Assembly (NCBI GenBank): GCA_020635205.1
Contig: JACKAE010000003.1
Location: forward strand, 581,054-645,053
Direction of reading: 5' to 3'
Length of the DNA: 64,000 nucleotides
Source: Ignavibacteria bacterium
Lineage (GTDB): Bacteria > Bacteroidota > Ignavibacteria > OLB7
Shown: piece after piece, positions 43,478 through 52,074 of the stretch
How the letters are laid out: each line of letters opens with the position of its first letter
Position numbering within the stretch: position 1 is the first letter of the stretch
Program-made: the position numbers and the translations under genes
Notes under the pieces: generated by a model
The model's database searches: none
What the model was told of the DNA's origin: nothing
Seen by the model: the letters and a program-made list of their open reading frames with translations, nothing else

Positions 43478-45256
43478 TCACTTCCCCTTGGAGACCACCA
43501 CGAAGTCATCCCCCTCCTTCCTCCCCTCTCGCCCCGCCGCAATCCCAACGATTGCTCCAACCAACAACCATGTAACCACAATGGAACTCATGCCGCTGGA
43601 CACGAGAGGGAGTGTGATCCCGGTCATTGGCATTACGTTCATTGTTCCTGCAACGTGAACGAACGTTTGTGAGGCAATCAATAAAACATATCCAGCAACC
43701 AGAAGTCCTGCAAAAGAACCTCGATCACGGTCGGCAGCGATTCGCAACCCAATAATAATTAAGGTGAGGAAGGCAAGCAGAATTAAGATTCCACCCAGCA
43801 ACCCCAACTCTTCGACAAATGCTGCGAAGATGAAATCTGATCCAGACTTTGGAATCAAAAACGGACTACCTCCACCGAACCCTTGCCCTACAACTCCTCC
43901 GGCATCAAATGCGTAGAGTGCCTCTACTACCTGCCGCGAATTGTCCCACCAATTTGGATTGTCGTGTCGGGCGAAGAGATCGGCCCAGAGCATGAAGCGT
44001 GCTCGCGGTGTCTCCAACATCTTCTGCACAACGGGAAGAAGTGAGGCAACCCAGGCAAGCAGACCAAACCCAACCAGAACAATTGAAGCCGTTGGCCAGA
44101 GAGCACCCCGCGTTGCAAATCGTTCGAGTCCGGCCAACGCGAGAACTGTCAGCAAAAGAACGAGAAGAATCAGAAGTACCGGCGAGGCGAATTCGATTGA
44201 ATTTCCTAACAGCACGATTGATGCAATGGTAAGCCCTGAACCAAAGAGCAAAACGTAGAGGGTGCTCCGAGTAAACCATGCAAGCAACAGAATCTGCGCC
44301 AAGCCGATAGCAAGAAATTGACCGAAGTCCCGCACTGCTACGAAGACCAACAACGGCAAGGCAAGTAAACCGAGAACGTAGAGCCAGAGTACGAGTGGAC
44401 GATCGGTCATCCGAGCTAATGATTCACCGAGAAAGACGTTGCGATAGCGAAGCAGAAGTCCTGCCCAGGCAATCGGAATACTCAGTTTGAGAAGCTCCTG
44501 AGGAGAGACACTTGAACCACGGATGCCGCCAACCGATCCGAGGTAGAGGAAGGTGACAGCACAGAGTGCTAAGCTGCCGTAGAGACCAACCGCTCGCCAC
44601 TGTGAGGCAAGCGTTGCAGCGAAGCGGGAACGAGAGAAGAGGAAGATTCCTCCCAAGGCCGCTAAGAGTGGGAGAATGCGAAAGATGAGAGAATCAGTTG
44701 GAGCCGTGGAGCGCCCTTGAAGGAATGGTGATGTAGTGTCTGACGCTCCATATTCTTCTTCGAGCGATCGAGCTAAACGAACATCTATTCTCCCCTGATC
44801 GAAGTCACGACGTAAACTGGCATTGTATCCATTCACCCTCGCCTTGATTGCCGCTGCAATCGAATCTTCCGGCTCCCCCTGCATTCTAAACCGCACGGTA
44901 TCGGCAACAAGTTCAACCTCTCTTCCGGCAAGTTGCCGTGGAGCGTCGTGTCCTAAACGGAACTGCATTGCCAAGCCGAGACCGAAGAGGAGCGTAGCAA
45001 TTAAGAGGAAGAGTTCTGCGCGGCGATCTCGCTGACTCATCAAGAAACGACCGAAGAGAAGAATCAGTGAGACAATTGCAACGTTGCGGAGCGGAACTAT
45101 AATTGACGGAACTTGAACGAAGCCTTCCCGCCCTGCAAACCAGACTGCGGCATTTGCCGTAGCTGTGATAAGCACCACGAGTAGTGCATTCAGCGGATAG
45201 GAAATCGCACGCCGAGAATCATTCCCCTCCCTCGATGTCGTATCAGTAGCCTTCAC
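43478..45256 (-). CDS. SEDS-family (FtsW/RodA/SpoVE) peptidoglycan polymerase-like membrane protein, extended form
   Basis: The ORF is 592 aa with many TM segments. The C-terminal signature is FVHVAGTMNVMPMTGITLPLVSSGMSSIV. It has an extra soluble insert of about 100 aa (RLGHDAPRQLAGREVELVADTVRFRMQGEPEDS...). Confidence 0.82.
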   Translation of the reverse strand: MKATDTTSREGNDSRRAISYPLNALLVVLITATANAAVWFAGREGFVQVPSIIVPLRNVAIVSLILLFGRFLMSQRDRRAELFLLIATLLFGLGLAMQFRLGHDAPRQLAGREVELVADTVRFRMQGEPEDSIAAAIKARVNGYNASLRRDFDQGRIDVRLARSLEEEYGASDTTSPFLQGRSTAPTDSLIFRILPLLAALGGIFLFSRSRFAATLASQWRAVGLYGSLALCAVTFLYLGSVGGIRGSSVSPQELLKLSIPIAWAGLLLRYRNVFLGESLARMTDRPLVLWLYVLGLLALPLLVFVAVRDFGQFLAIGLAQILLLAWFTRSTLYVLLFGSGLTIASIVLLGNSIEFASPVLLILLVLLLTVLALAGLERFATRGALWPTASIVLVGFGLLAWVASLLPVVQKMLETPRARFMLWADLFARHDNPNWWDNSRQVVEALYAFDAGGVVGQGFGGGSPFLIPKSGSDFIFAAFVEELGLLGGILILLAFLTLIIIGLRIAADRDRGSFAGLLVAGYVLLIASQTFVHVAGTMNVMPMTGITLPLVSSGMSSIVVTWLLVGAIVGIAAGREGRKEGDDFVVVSKGK

Positions 45257-45602
45257 TCAGCCTCACTTCTATGGTTGTACAATTAGCTTCCCAAGTTGGC
45301 CGGGTAATTTTTACACAGGATTTTGAGAGTCCTGTCTACACCCCCAACGTTTCACTCCACTATAGAAAATCTACGGAAAGAAACGCACAAGCATTTTAGC
45401 CGTTACTCTACAATCAACTGCTACGAAGGTGCTGCACGCTAACTCTACAAGAAAGTACGGCGATGCCAAATCAAGGAGGACAGATATGTTCTATCTGTGA
45501 ACACTCCGTCCGATCTGCGTCATCCGTCTACTATCTCCGACCAAAGATGTTTGCTCGATGAAAAACATTCCTGTGAGAGGCTACGCCCCTTCTTACTCTC
45601 GA

Positions 45603-47561
45603 TCACTCTCCAAACCCTGAATTAGCGAAGATAAGAGTTGGCACTTCAAGATAGCGTGATCTTCTCCCAACAATATTCAACATCTCAGTGAACTGCTCTG
45701 CCGGCTCGCTAATGCTGTAGAGAGTACGGCTCAGCGCAATGTCTACGTGACCACTCGAGGTTTTGTACTCCGCCTCAATCTCTCCAAAACGATTTTCGTA
45801 CGAGACGTTCTCTGGCACAACAGAGAGTTGCCATGATGTCGGGTGGTTGATTGTAATCTTCTTCACTACTCTCTCATCGTTGTATACACGAATCGGGTTC
45901 ACTCTCTTATCACTATCAACTTTTGTTTTTCGATTTGAAGAGGGAGAGAGAAGCCCGGCAGTCTGCATAATCACTTCTTCTGGAGTAATTGTCACCAGGT
46001 TGTCGATCTCATATCGTAGTTTGATAACAAGTGGCTTGCGGTAATCTTCCCGGTCTTCGATGTCATAGCTTTTCAGGCTTACATCTCCCTCTTCGTATGT
46101 CAGCAACTCTTTCATTGCTTCCTCTACCTCTTCTTCCGACGCTCTATCTAACAGCCGCCGAACCGCGTAGGCAGTAGTTCCTCTCAGTTCTTTCTCTTCA
46201 GAGACCGAGATGAGACCATCTTCATCAATCGTTAGGTTATAGCTTTCGGTGACGGTGTTTCGAGCAAGGCTTCCGTTTGGTATAGTGATAAATCCATTGA
46301 AGCCATCACCGTTGATCCGGATTGCCCGCTGCCCTTGGATGTATTCTGGGATATGGTCGATAGGGAAGTTCTTGATGTAGGGAAAGAGGACATACTCCTT
46401 ACCATCAATTTTGGTATGTATCGCCGGAGTTGTCAACGTTCCGTATGTGACAAAGTCCTGATCGAAATAACCATCCTCGGCTGAGTGGATGAGAACAAAG
46501 TCCGCGTCAATCCCAACTTTCTCCAACATCAGTCTACCGAGACCAGTAATCAGAATCGGCTCTCCCTTTTTCTCCTTGATAACGTCGTTGAAGCTGAAGT
46601 CTGACGGGACATCTTCGATTTCAATATTTTGCTGAAGCCATGAATTGATCGCGTCAACCTTTTCGAAGTCACTCATATCATCGGTTACGATCTCTTCCAA
46701 GATATTCTTTACCCGATCTCGCCAGAACGACTCACGCTCCAAGGCATAGCTTTTGAATCCGTCGGCGAAATCGTCCCACGATGGTAAGAATGTTGTCGAA
46801 TAGGCTCCAGTTACTGCAATGTCGAGATAGTCCGACATCTCTTTTTGGTAGGGAGAATATGGTTCATCGGCGAAGGCTGGAACATCTTCTGCTTCGTAGG
46901 AATAGGCCTTGACGCCAATAATAGAATTATCTGGACTCAGCTCTATCCGCTTGTCTGGGCCAACCTTCTTCGCCTTGATTCTAAAGAAATCGGGATATGC
47001 GTACTTCACTTTCACCTTCTCGCACGGAACGTCAAACTGCAAGGGGAACTCGTAGCGTGAGACCGAAGCTCCAACCCGATATTTGATCTCATATCCTTCA
47101 TCTACAACCGTTCCCACCTGAACGTCGGGATAGGCAAAGCGGTAGATTGTGCTCCCCTCAGAATCTTTCTCGACTTTCATATCCTTCTTCGTGAAGGATT
47201 TTACAGTCCCATCAGGTGAGATAACGTTGATGTAGGCGTTGAGCAGTTCACGGTTAGAATTTGTTCTCACTGAGAAGGTTGTCAACCACTCTGCGTCGGG
47301 GTTGAGGATCATGAAGCGAAGTGATGAGATGCGGTAGGCATTCCAAGTTTGCCCTCCTGAGACATGTTCGAGAAGATCGTCGGATAAGATAAAGACACCG
47401 TCGTGGCCATCGTACTTCTGCTGATAGGCTTCGACATCGTATGTGATCCCAGCTAAGGACTGAGGTGGAACAGTCTCAAGCACGTAGTGTCGCCTTGGCC
47501 CCATCACACAGGAAGCAAGCATTGCTCCTAACAGAAGTGGGAGCAGGAAATAGAGTTTCAT
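45603..47561 (-). CDS. DUF3857-like lipoprotein, transglutaminase-like paralogue lacking the catalytic Cys
   Basis: The ORF is 652 aa with lipoprotein signal MKLYFLLPLLLGAMLASC. Its layout is collinear with the upstream gene product, but ITGLGRLMLEKVGIDADFVLI replaces the GDCKD motif. Confidence 0.7.
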   Translation of the reverse strand: MKLYFLLPLLLGAMLASCVMGPRRHYVLETVPPQSLAGITYDVEAYQQKYDGHDGVFILSDDLLEHVSGGQTWNAYRISSLRFMILNPDAEWLTTFSVRTNSNRELLNAYINVISPDGTVKSFTKKDMKVEKDSEGSTIYRFAYPDVQVGTVVDEGYEIKYRVGASVSRYEFPLQFDVPCEKVKVKYAYPDFFRIKAKKVGPDKRIELSPDNSIIGVKAYSYEAEDVPAFADEPYSPYQKEMSDYLDIAVTGAYSTTFLPSWDDFADGFKSYALERESFWRDRVKNILEEIVTDDMSDFEKVDAINSWLQQNIEIEDVPSDFSFNDVIKEKKGEPILITGLGRLMLEKVGIDADFVLIHSAEDGYFDQDFVTYGTLTTPAIHTKIDGKEYVLFPYIKNFPIDHIPEYIQGQRAIRINGDGFNGFITIPNGSLARNTVTESYNLTIDEDGLISVSEEKELRGTTAYAVRRLLDRASEEEVEEAMKELLTYEEGDVSLKSYDIEDREDYRKPLVIKLRYEIDNLVTITPEEVIMQTAGLLSPSSNRKTKVDSDKRVNPIRVYNDERVVKKITINHPTSWQLSVVPENVSYENRFGEIEAEYKTSSGHVDIALSRTLYSISEPAEQFTEMLNIVGRRSRYLEVPTLIFANSGFGE

Positions 47562-47574
47562 ATAGAGTGTGATC

Positions 47575-49452
47575 TTATTCTGATGTAGATGAAAGAATAA
47601 ACATCTGCTTTTTGCTTTTCAGATACTCCTGACAGAAGTCGAGAAACTGCGACTTTGCATCCCCCTCGTAGAGTCCAGAAGCCTGCCAGAGTCGATAGTT
47701 CACCAGTGCGCTACCATCTTCAGAGAGGTTAATCGAGGAGGCAAACGATGCGTGTGTCTCGTCCCCAAAAGCAACCTGCTTCTCCTCGATTGAAAGCCCT
47801 TGCAAATCGAGCACCATCCGCATCTCGATAGTCTCTTGCAGGTTTGTTGTGATAGGCCAGAGGTCATCCTTCCGCTCTAAAACATCAGCCTCGATTGTCC
47901 GAAACGGCATAGCCGGAAGATATTTCTTTGCCGTTGAGGCAATCAGAAAGTTCGACAAGTCTGCATTGGCCGTGAAGGTCACGAAGTCTTCGCCAACACT
48001 ATCTCTGGTGAAGTAGTCGAGTGAAATTTTGTAGAGATGTGAGTTCAACATGTTCGAGAGCATGTTCTCCAGATCGAGTCCGCGCAGTTCATCCATTGCG
48101 TTCATCGCAGCCGAGAAGTAGACGTTCCGCAACGTTACCCGCGCACTCACATTTTCTGGGTCGCTCAGATTTCCACGCAGCTCAACCTCGATGGCAGCAT
48201 TCTGGTTTGGCCGTGGCAAGCGCACCATTTGTGGGTTTTTAGGGTCGAGCACAAGGGCGGTACTCTCCACATCACTGTAGGGCAGATTATCGAACTCGGT
48301 ATACTTACTTGTGGGGTCGAAGTAGACCCGTTTTGTCCCATCATTCCAAGAACAGATCACATGGTTGTACTGGTGGATGTAGGTGCTGTTGGCAAACGTA
48401 GGGGTGGGGTTTGTTGCCACCAGCGTCATATCAACGTTTATGCCCTCCTCGGCAGCGAGAGCGGAGATTAAGTAGGCACGATCCTTACAATCTCCATATC
48501 CCCGCTGCAATACCAGATCGGGACTGCGGGGAACAATCGCTCCGTAGTCGTCTTCTTCGGCAATGTACCGGATGTTCGTCCGCACATAGTCGTGAATTGC
48601 TTTCAGCTTCTCGCGCGGAGTTGTAGCCCCAACCATTGCCTCTCGAACTTTTGCTGAATGTTCGGGAGTAACTGCCGGCTTTTGCTCGAACAGAGTACGA
48701 TACCAAGCCGTGAACTCCTCGGTGGTAGTTGGTGTGATTGCCTTACCGTTCTGCGATAGCCTGACTTGGATTGCCGCGTTGAAACCGTTGTAGGGGAAAT
48801 AGTCAAGTCCTTCCTGTTCTTCAACGTCTTCGAAGATGAGCATCGTCAACTCGTCGTTTGGATTTTCTACCCGGAAGGGAAGCTCCTCCCGTGAGAAAAA
48901 CATGTTGAACTCAACCTGTACATCGGAAGGATGTTCGATTTTTAGGAGGAACTTCTTGACTTTCCCGTTGTTCGGAACATACTGGATAGGGAACCACTCA
49001 GCCCCCTTATACTTCATCTCGTATCCATACATCACCGACTCACCCTTCTTTAGCTGTGGGAAGGCAAGCCACCAGACTTTATTGTCGGCAATGAAAATAT
49101 CTTCCTGCTCGTGGTAGATGTACGAGATACTCTCCTTGGTCAGCTTTCCTCCAGGAAATCTTCCGTGAATATCGGAGACCGTAGCATAGAACGGCTCGGG
49201 AACAGGGAACACACGTTGCTTGGTGGAACGCTCGGTAAGGTAGTAGACCCAGCGTTTTACGTTCGATTCAAGTGAATACGACCCATCTTTTGACTTTACA
49301 GTAAATTCAGCATGGTGTTCAATCTCGAAATCGCCGTCAGCGTAAAGGTAGGAAGAAGCCCAAAGTAAGGACAGGAGGAGGAGAGGAGGATACGTTAGCC
49401 ACATCCGACACATTGAAGGCCGATCCGTACGATACATCATAATCCAAAGCAA
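47575..49452 (-). CDS. DUF3857 / transglutaminase-like cysteine protease-fold protein
   Basis: The ORF is 625 aa. It has the core Cys in RGYGDCKDRAYLISALAAEEGI and downstream YNHVICSW and VYFDPTS (Cys-His-Asp). Its stop lies 13 nt before the next gene's start. Confidence 0.78.
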   Translation of the reverse strand: MLWIMMYRTDRPSMCRMWLTYPPLLLLSLLWASSYLYADGDFEIEHHAEFTVKSKDGSYSLESNVKRWVYYLTERSTKQRVFPVPEPFYATVSDIHGRFPGGKLTKESISYIYHEQEDIFIADNKVWWLAFPQLKKGESVMYGYEMKYKGAEWFPIQYVPNNGKVKKFLLKIEHPSDVQVEFNMFFSREELPFRVENPNDELTMLIFEDVEEQEGLDYFPYNGFNAAIQVRLSQNGKAITPTTTEEFTAWYRTLFEQKPAVTPEHSAKVREAMVGATTPREKLKAIHDYVRTNIRYIAEEDDYGAIVPRSPDLVLQRGYGDCKDRAYLISALAAEEGINVDMTLVATNPTPTFANSTYIHQYNHVICSWNDGTKRVYFDPTSKYTEFDNLPYSDVESTALVLDPKNPQMVRLPRPNQNAAIEVELRGNLSDPENVSARVTLRNVYFSAAMNAMDELRGLDLENMLSNMLNSHLYKISLDYFTRDSVGEDFVTFTANADLSNFLIASTAKKYLPAMPFRTIEADVLERKDDLWPITTNLQETIEMRMVLDLQGLSIEEKQVAFGDETHASFASSINLSEDGSALVNYRLWQASGLYEGDAKSQFLDFCQEYLKSKKQMFILSSTSE

Positions 49453-49775
49453 CGTGGGTTAGAAGAGGAAATCGTTTTTAGGTTCTGGTATAGAATATAC
49501 CACTGAATAGTAAATAAGGCGAGAATGGAATCGGACGTTTTTACTCGTTGGCATAGGGGGAACTACGGCTTATCTCTTTCTTCCATACGGAGTAAATCTT
49601 TCGCATTTTTTTGCTCTCTCTCTGCCAATCTCCTCCCTACATTTCAACTAACAAGTCCACCAAAGTCCGCAAGTGATCGAAAAAACTTTGTCCCGTTCTA
49701 TTGAAGATTCCTTCACTCAATCTCATATGATGTAGATTTGCCAATGTTTGAACCGCAGAAGAGAAAAGGAACCGA

Positions 49776-51479
49776 GTGAGAACCAGCAAACTGACGAATA
49801 TCATCAAGCACGTTGCTCCGCTGTTGCTTGGAGTGCTTGCCGCCTGTGCCAGTGGAGAAAACATTCCACCACCGGGAGGCCCTCCCGACAAAGAAGCACC
49901 CCAGGTTCGCGAGACGTTCCCGGTGGATGGAGAAGTGAATTTTGATGGGAAGAAGGTAGAAATCACCTTTAACGAGTACTTGCGAGAATCGGGTGTGAGT
50001 GAAGAACTGGTGATTACACCAATTCCAGAACGTCCACCGGAGATTGACTGGAGTGGTAAAACTCTGGAAATCAGGTTTCGCGACCCTCTCCTGCCGAATC
50101 GAACGTATGCGGTAACCGTTGGGGGAGGTATCACCGATCTCTCAGGTAATCGCCTCGGCTCTCCTGTCACGCTCCGGTTCTCTACTGGCTCGGTAATTGA
50201 CAGTGGTAGAATTGCGGGAAGTGTTGCCGGTGCGGAAGGACGAAAAGCATTTGTCTTCGCGTGGCTAATTCCGGGTGATGTTTCTACCTTCAACGATACT
50301 ACACAGTTCGATCAAGTTCCCCCCGACATGATTGCTCCGGTAGCCGACAATGGCTCGTTCTCTTTAGAGGGGCTTCCCCCCGGACGATATCGACTGGCAT
50401 CGGTGATCGACGAATTTTTGGATCGTCGCTACTCCCCCGGCGTCGACGAATTTGGAGTTGCCATTACTGACTTTGTTATCGAAAGAGGCTCCCCTCCAGT
50501 AGAAGGAGTACGGCTCCGCTTGAACCCTGCTCCCCTCGACATAACGCCGCCGGAACTCTACTCCCTCTATCCAGCAAGCCAAACCCGAACGGATCTAAAT
50601 TTCAGCGAAGCGATCGACACAGCATCTCTTAGTCCAGATCACTTTCAGTTGACTGTAAACGGCGGAAGCATTCCAATTCTTCAAGCGTGGAGACAGCCGA
50701 CGAATCCACTTCGCATCTCTCTTCAGCATGAAGCACTCCCACCAGATCAGCCTGCACAGATTCAGGTTACAGGGCTGCACGATACCAACGGAATCACAAT
50801 CAACGATACCGCTCGAAGCAAGGAGTTTACTACAACTTCAATGCGGGACACTCTCCCACCGCAGTTCCGTTCTTCAGTTGTCTACAACGGAACAATCAGA
50901 ATGACCGACACAATTTTGTTGATGTTCGATAAACTGGTTACTGCCAACCAAAGCCGACCGCTTGTTCGCATAGTAGATACAGCAACAGGAAAAGAAGTAG
51001 GATATACCGTTCGCCCGGTAGCCCCCGGAATGTTTGCAGCGACTGCAGAGGACACAACGTTCAACGTTCCCTCAGTACTTCTAAGAATTGATTTGGGTGG
51101 GTTCTCTGATAGATCTGGATATCGAGCCGACACTCTCTGGCAAGTGCCAATTTCGATCAAGCCTCTTCCACAGCGTGGAACGTTGCAGGGAAATTTGATC
51201 GACTCGTTGGCTCCCGACATCCCGCACGTGATCGTGCTAACCTCCACCGAGGATAAGAGAGAATATCGAATATCGCTGAAGAGAACGGGGAAGTGGGAGA
51301 TTGCCAATATTCCGGCAGGATACTATCGCCTGAGTGCTTTCCGCGACACCGATGGAAATGGTATTTACGACTACGGCTCGCTCTCCCCCTACCGTCCCGG
51401 AGAAGTCTTTACACAGCACTCTGGGAACGTGCAGGTAAGAGCACGTTGGACAACGACAGACGTTGACGTGGCCTTCTGA
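49776..51479 (+). CDS. Ig-like (SbsA/Big_5-type) domain lipoprotein
   Basis: The ORF is 567 aa with lipoprotein signal ...VAPLLLGVLAACASG. It has repeated Ig-like segments (DKEAPQVRETFPVDGEVNFDGKKVEITFNEYL, DITPPELYSLYPASQ, DTLPPQF). The C-terminus is CarboxypepD_reg-like (GTLQGNLID...GYYRLSAFRDTDGNGIYD). Confidence 0.8.
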   Translation: MRTSKLTNIIKHVAPLLLGVLAACASGENIPPPGGPPDKEAPQVRETFPVDGEVNFDGKKVEITFNEYLRESGVSEELVITPIPERPPEIDWSGKTLEIRFRDPLLPNRTYAVTVGGGITDLSGNRLGSPVTLRFSTGSVIDSGRIAGSVAGAEGRKAFVFAWLIPGDVSTFNDTTQFDQVPPDMIAPVADNGSFSLEGLPPGRYRLASVIDEFLDRRYSPGVDEFGVAITDFVIERGSPPVEGVRLRLNPAPLDITPPELYSLYPASQTRTDLNFSEAIDTASLSPDHFQLTVNGGSIPILQAWRQPTNPLRISLQHEALPPDQPAQIQVTGLHDTNGITINDTARSKEFTTTSMRDTLPPQFRSSVVYNGTIRMTDTILLMFDKLVTANQSRPLVRIVDTATGKEVGYTVRPVAPGMFAATAEDTTFNVPSVLLRIDLGGFSDRSGYRADTLWQVPISIKPLPQRGTLQGNLIDSLAPDIPHVIVLTSTEDKREYRISLKRTGKWEIANIPAGYYRLSAFRDTDGNGIYDYGSLSPYRPGEVFTQHSGNVQVRARWTTTDVDVAF

Positions 51480-51481
51480 TG

Positions 51482-51597
51482 CTTCCCCCCTGAAGAGGAG
51501 GCTGACCTGCACCTCCCTTCTGCTCTGTTGATTCATTCTGCCCCTACGGGGCGAGAGAAATTTTAATGCTTGGCTTCCGGGGATTGGCATCCCCGGC
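51482..51597 (+). repeat. 116-bp direct repeat, copy A
   Basis: The sequence is cttcccccctgaagaggaggctga...attcattctgcccctacggggcgag...gcttccggggattggcatccccggc. It starts 3 nt after the stop of the Ig-like gene. Confidence 0.85.
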
Positions 51598-51802
51598 TAT
51601 CCGCCACGGCGGATCGGTAGCCCCTTCGGGGCAGTCGAATTGGTGGGTTTCGATGTGTGGGCTGATATCGAAGTCAACCGTTCGTGAATATCAGAGTGCT
51701 CACCAACGAAGCGATATCGAGCCGATCCCGAAGGGAGCAGCGATACGTGGCCGAGTGGAAAGCCGCAGGCTGCACCCCACGGCCATGATATGCTATTTGA
51801 GT

Positions 51803-51919
51803 CTTCCGCCCTGAAGGGGCGGCTGAGCTGGAGGCATTGAGATCGCCTCTCTTCCATTCTGCCCCTTCGGGGCGAGGAGAACTACGAATGCTTTGCTTCC
51901 GGGGATTGTCATCCCCGGC
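51803..51919 (+). repeat. 116-bp direct repeat, copy B
   Basis: The sequence is cttccgccctgaaggggcggctga...cttccattctgccccttcggggcgag...gcttccggggattgtcatccccggc. By eye it is roughly three-quarters identical to copy A. The period is 321 bp. Confidence 0.85.
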
Positions 51920-52074
51920 GCAGATTTTTAAAAACGGTCGAAATGCGCACGAAATCCGCGATTTTGCGCCTTGTCATTTTTATGGGTACAACATAGGTCA
52001 AACATTTTCTGGCCTTTATTGGGCTGATATGATCTTAGATGAACGCTCAAATATAGCTAAGAAAGATCAGGCTT

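Noticed and set aside
51566-51857. Two ORFs of 82 and 86 aa lie on opposite strands in the 51.5-52.1 kb gap. The region might also hold RNase P RNA, tmRNA, 6S or a group II intron domain V.
   Set aside because: The ORFs are translations of the GC-hairpin repeats (LGFRGLASPA and similar) and overlap each other. I found none of the universal RNase P (GAGGAAAGTCC), tmRNA (5' GGGG...TTCGAC, tag ORF) or domain V signatures.
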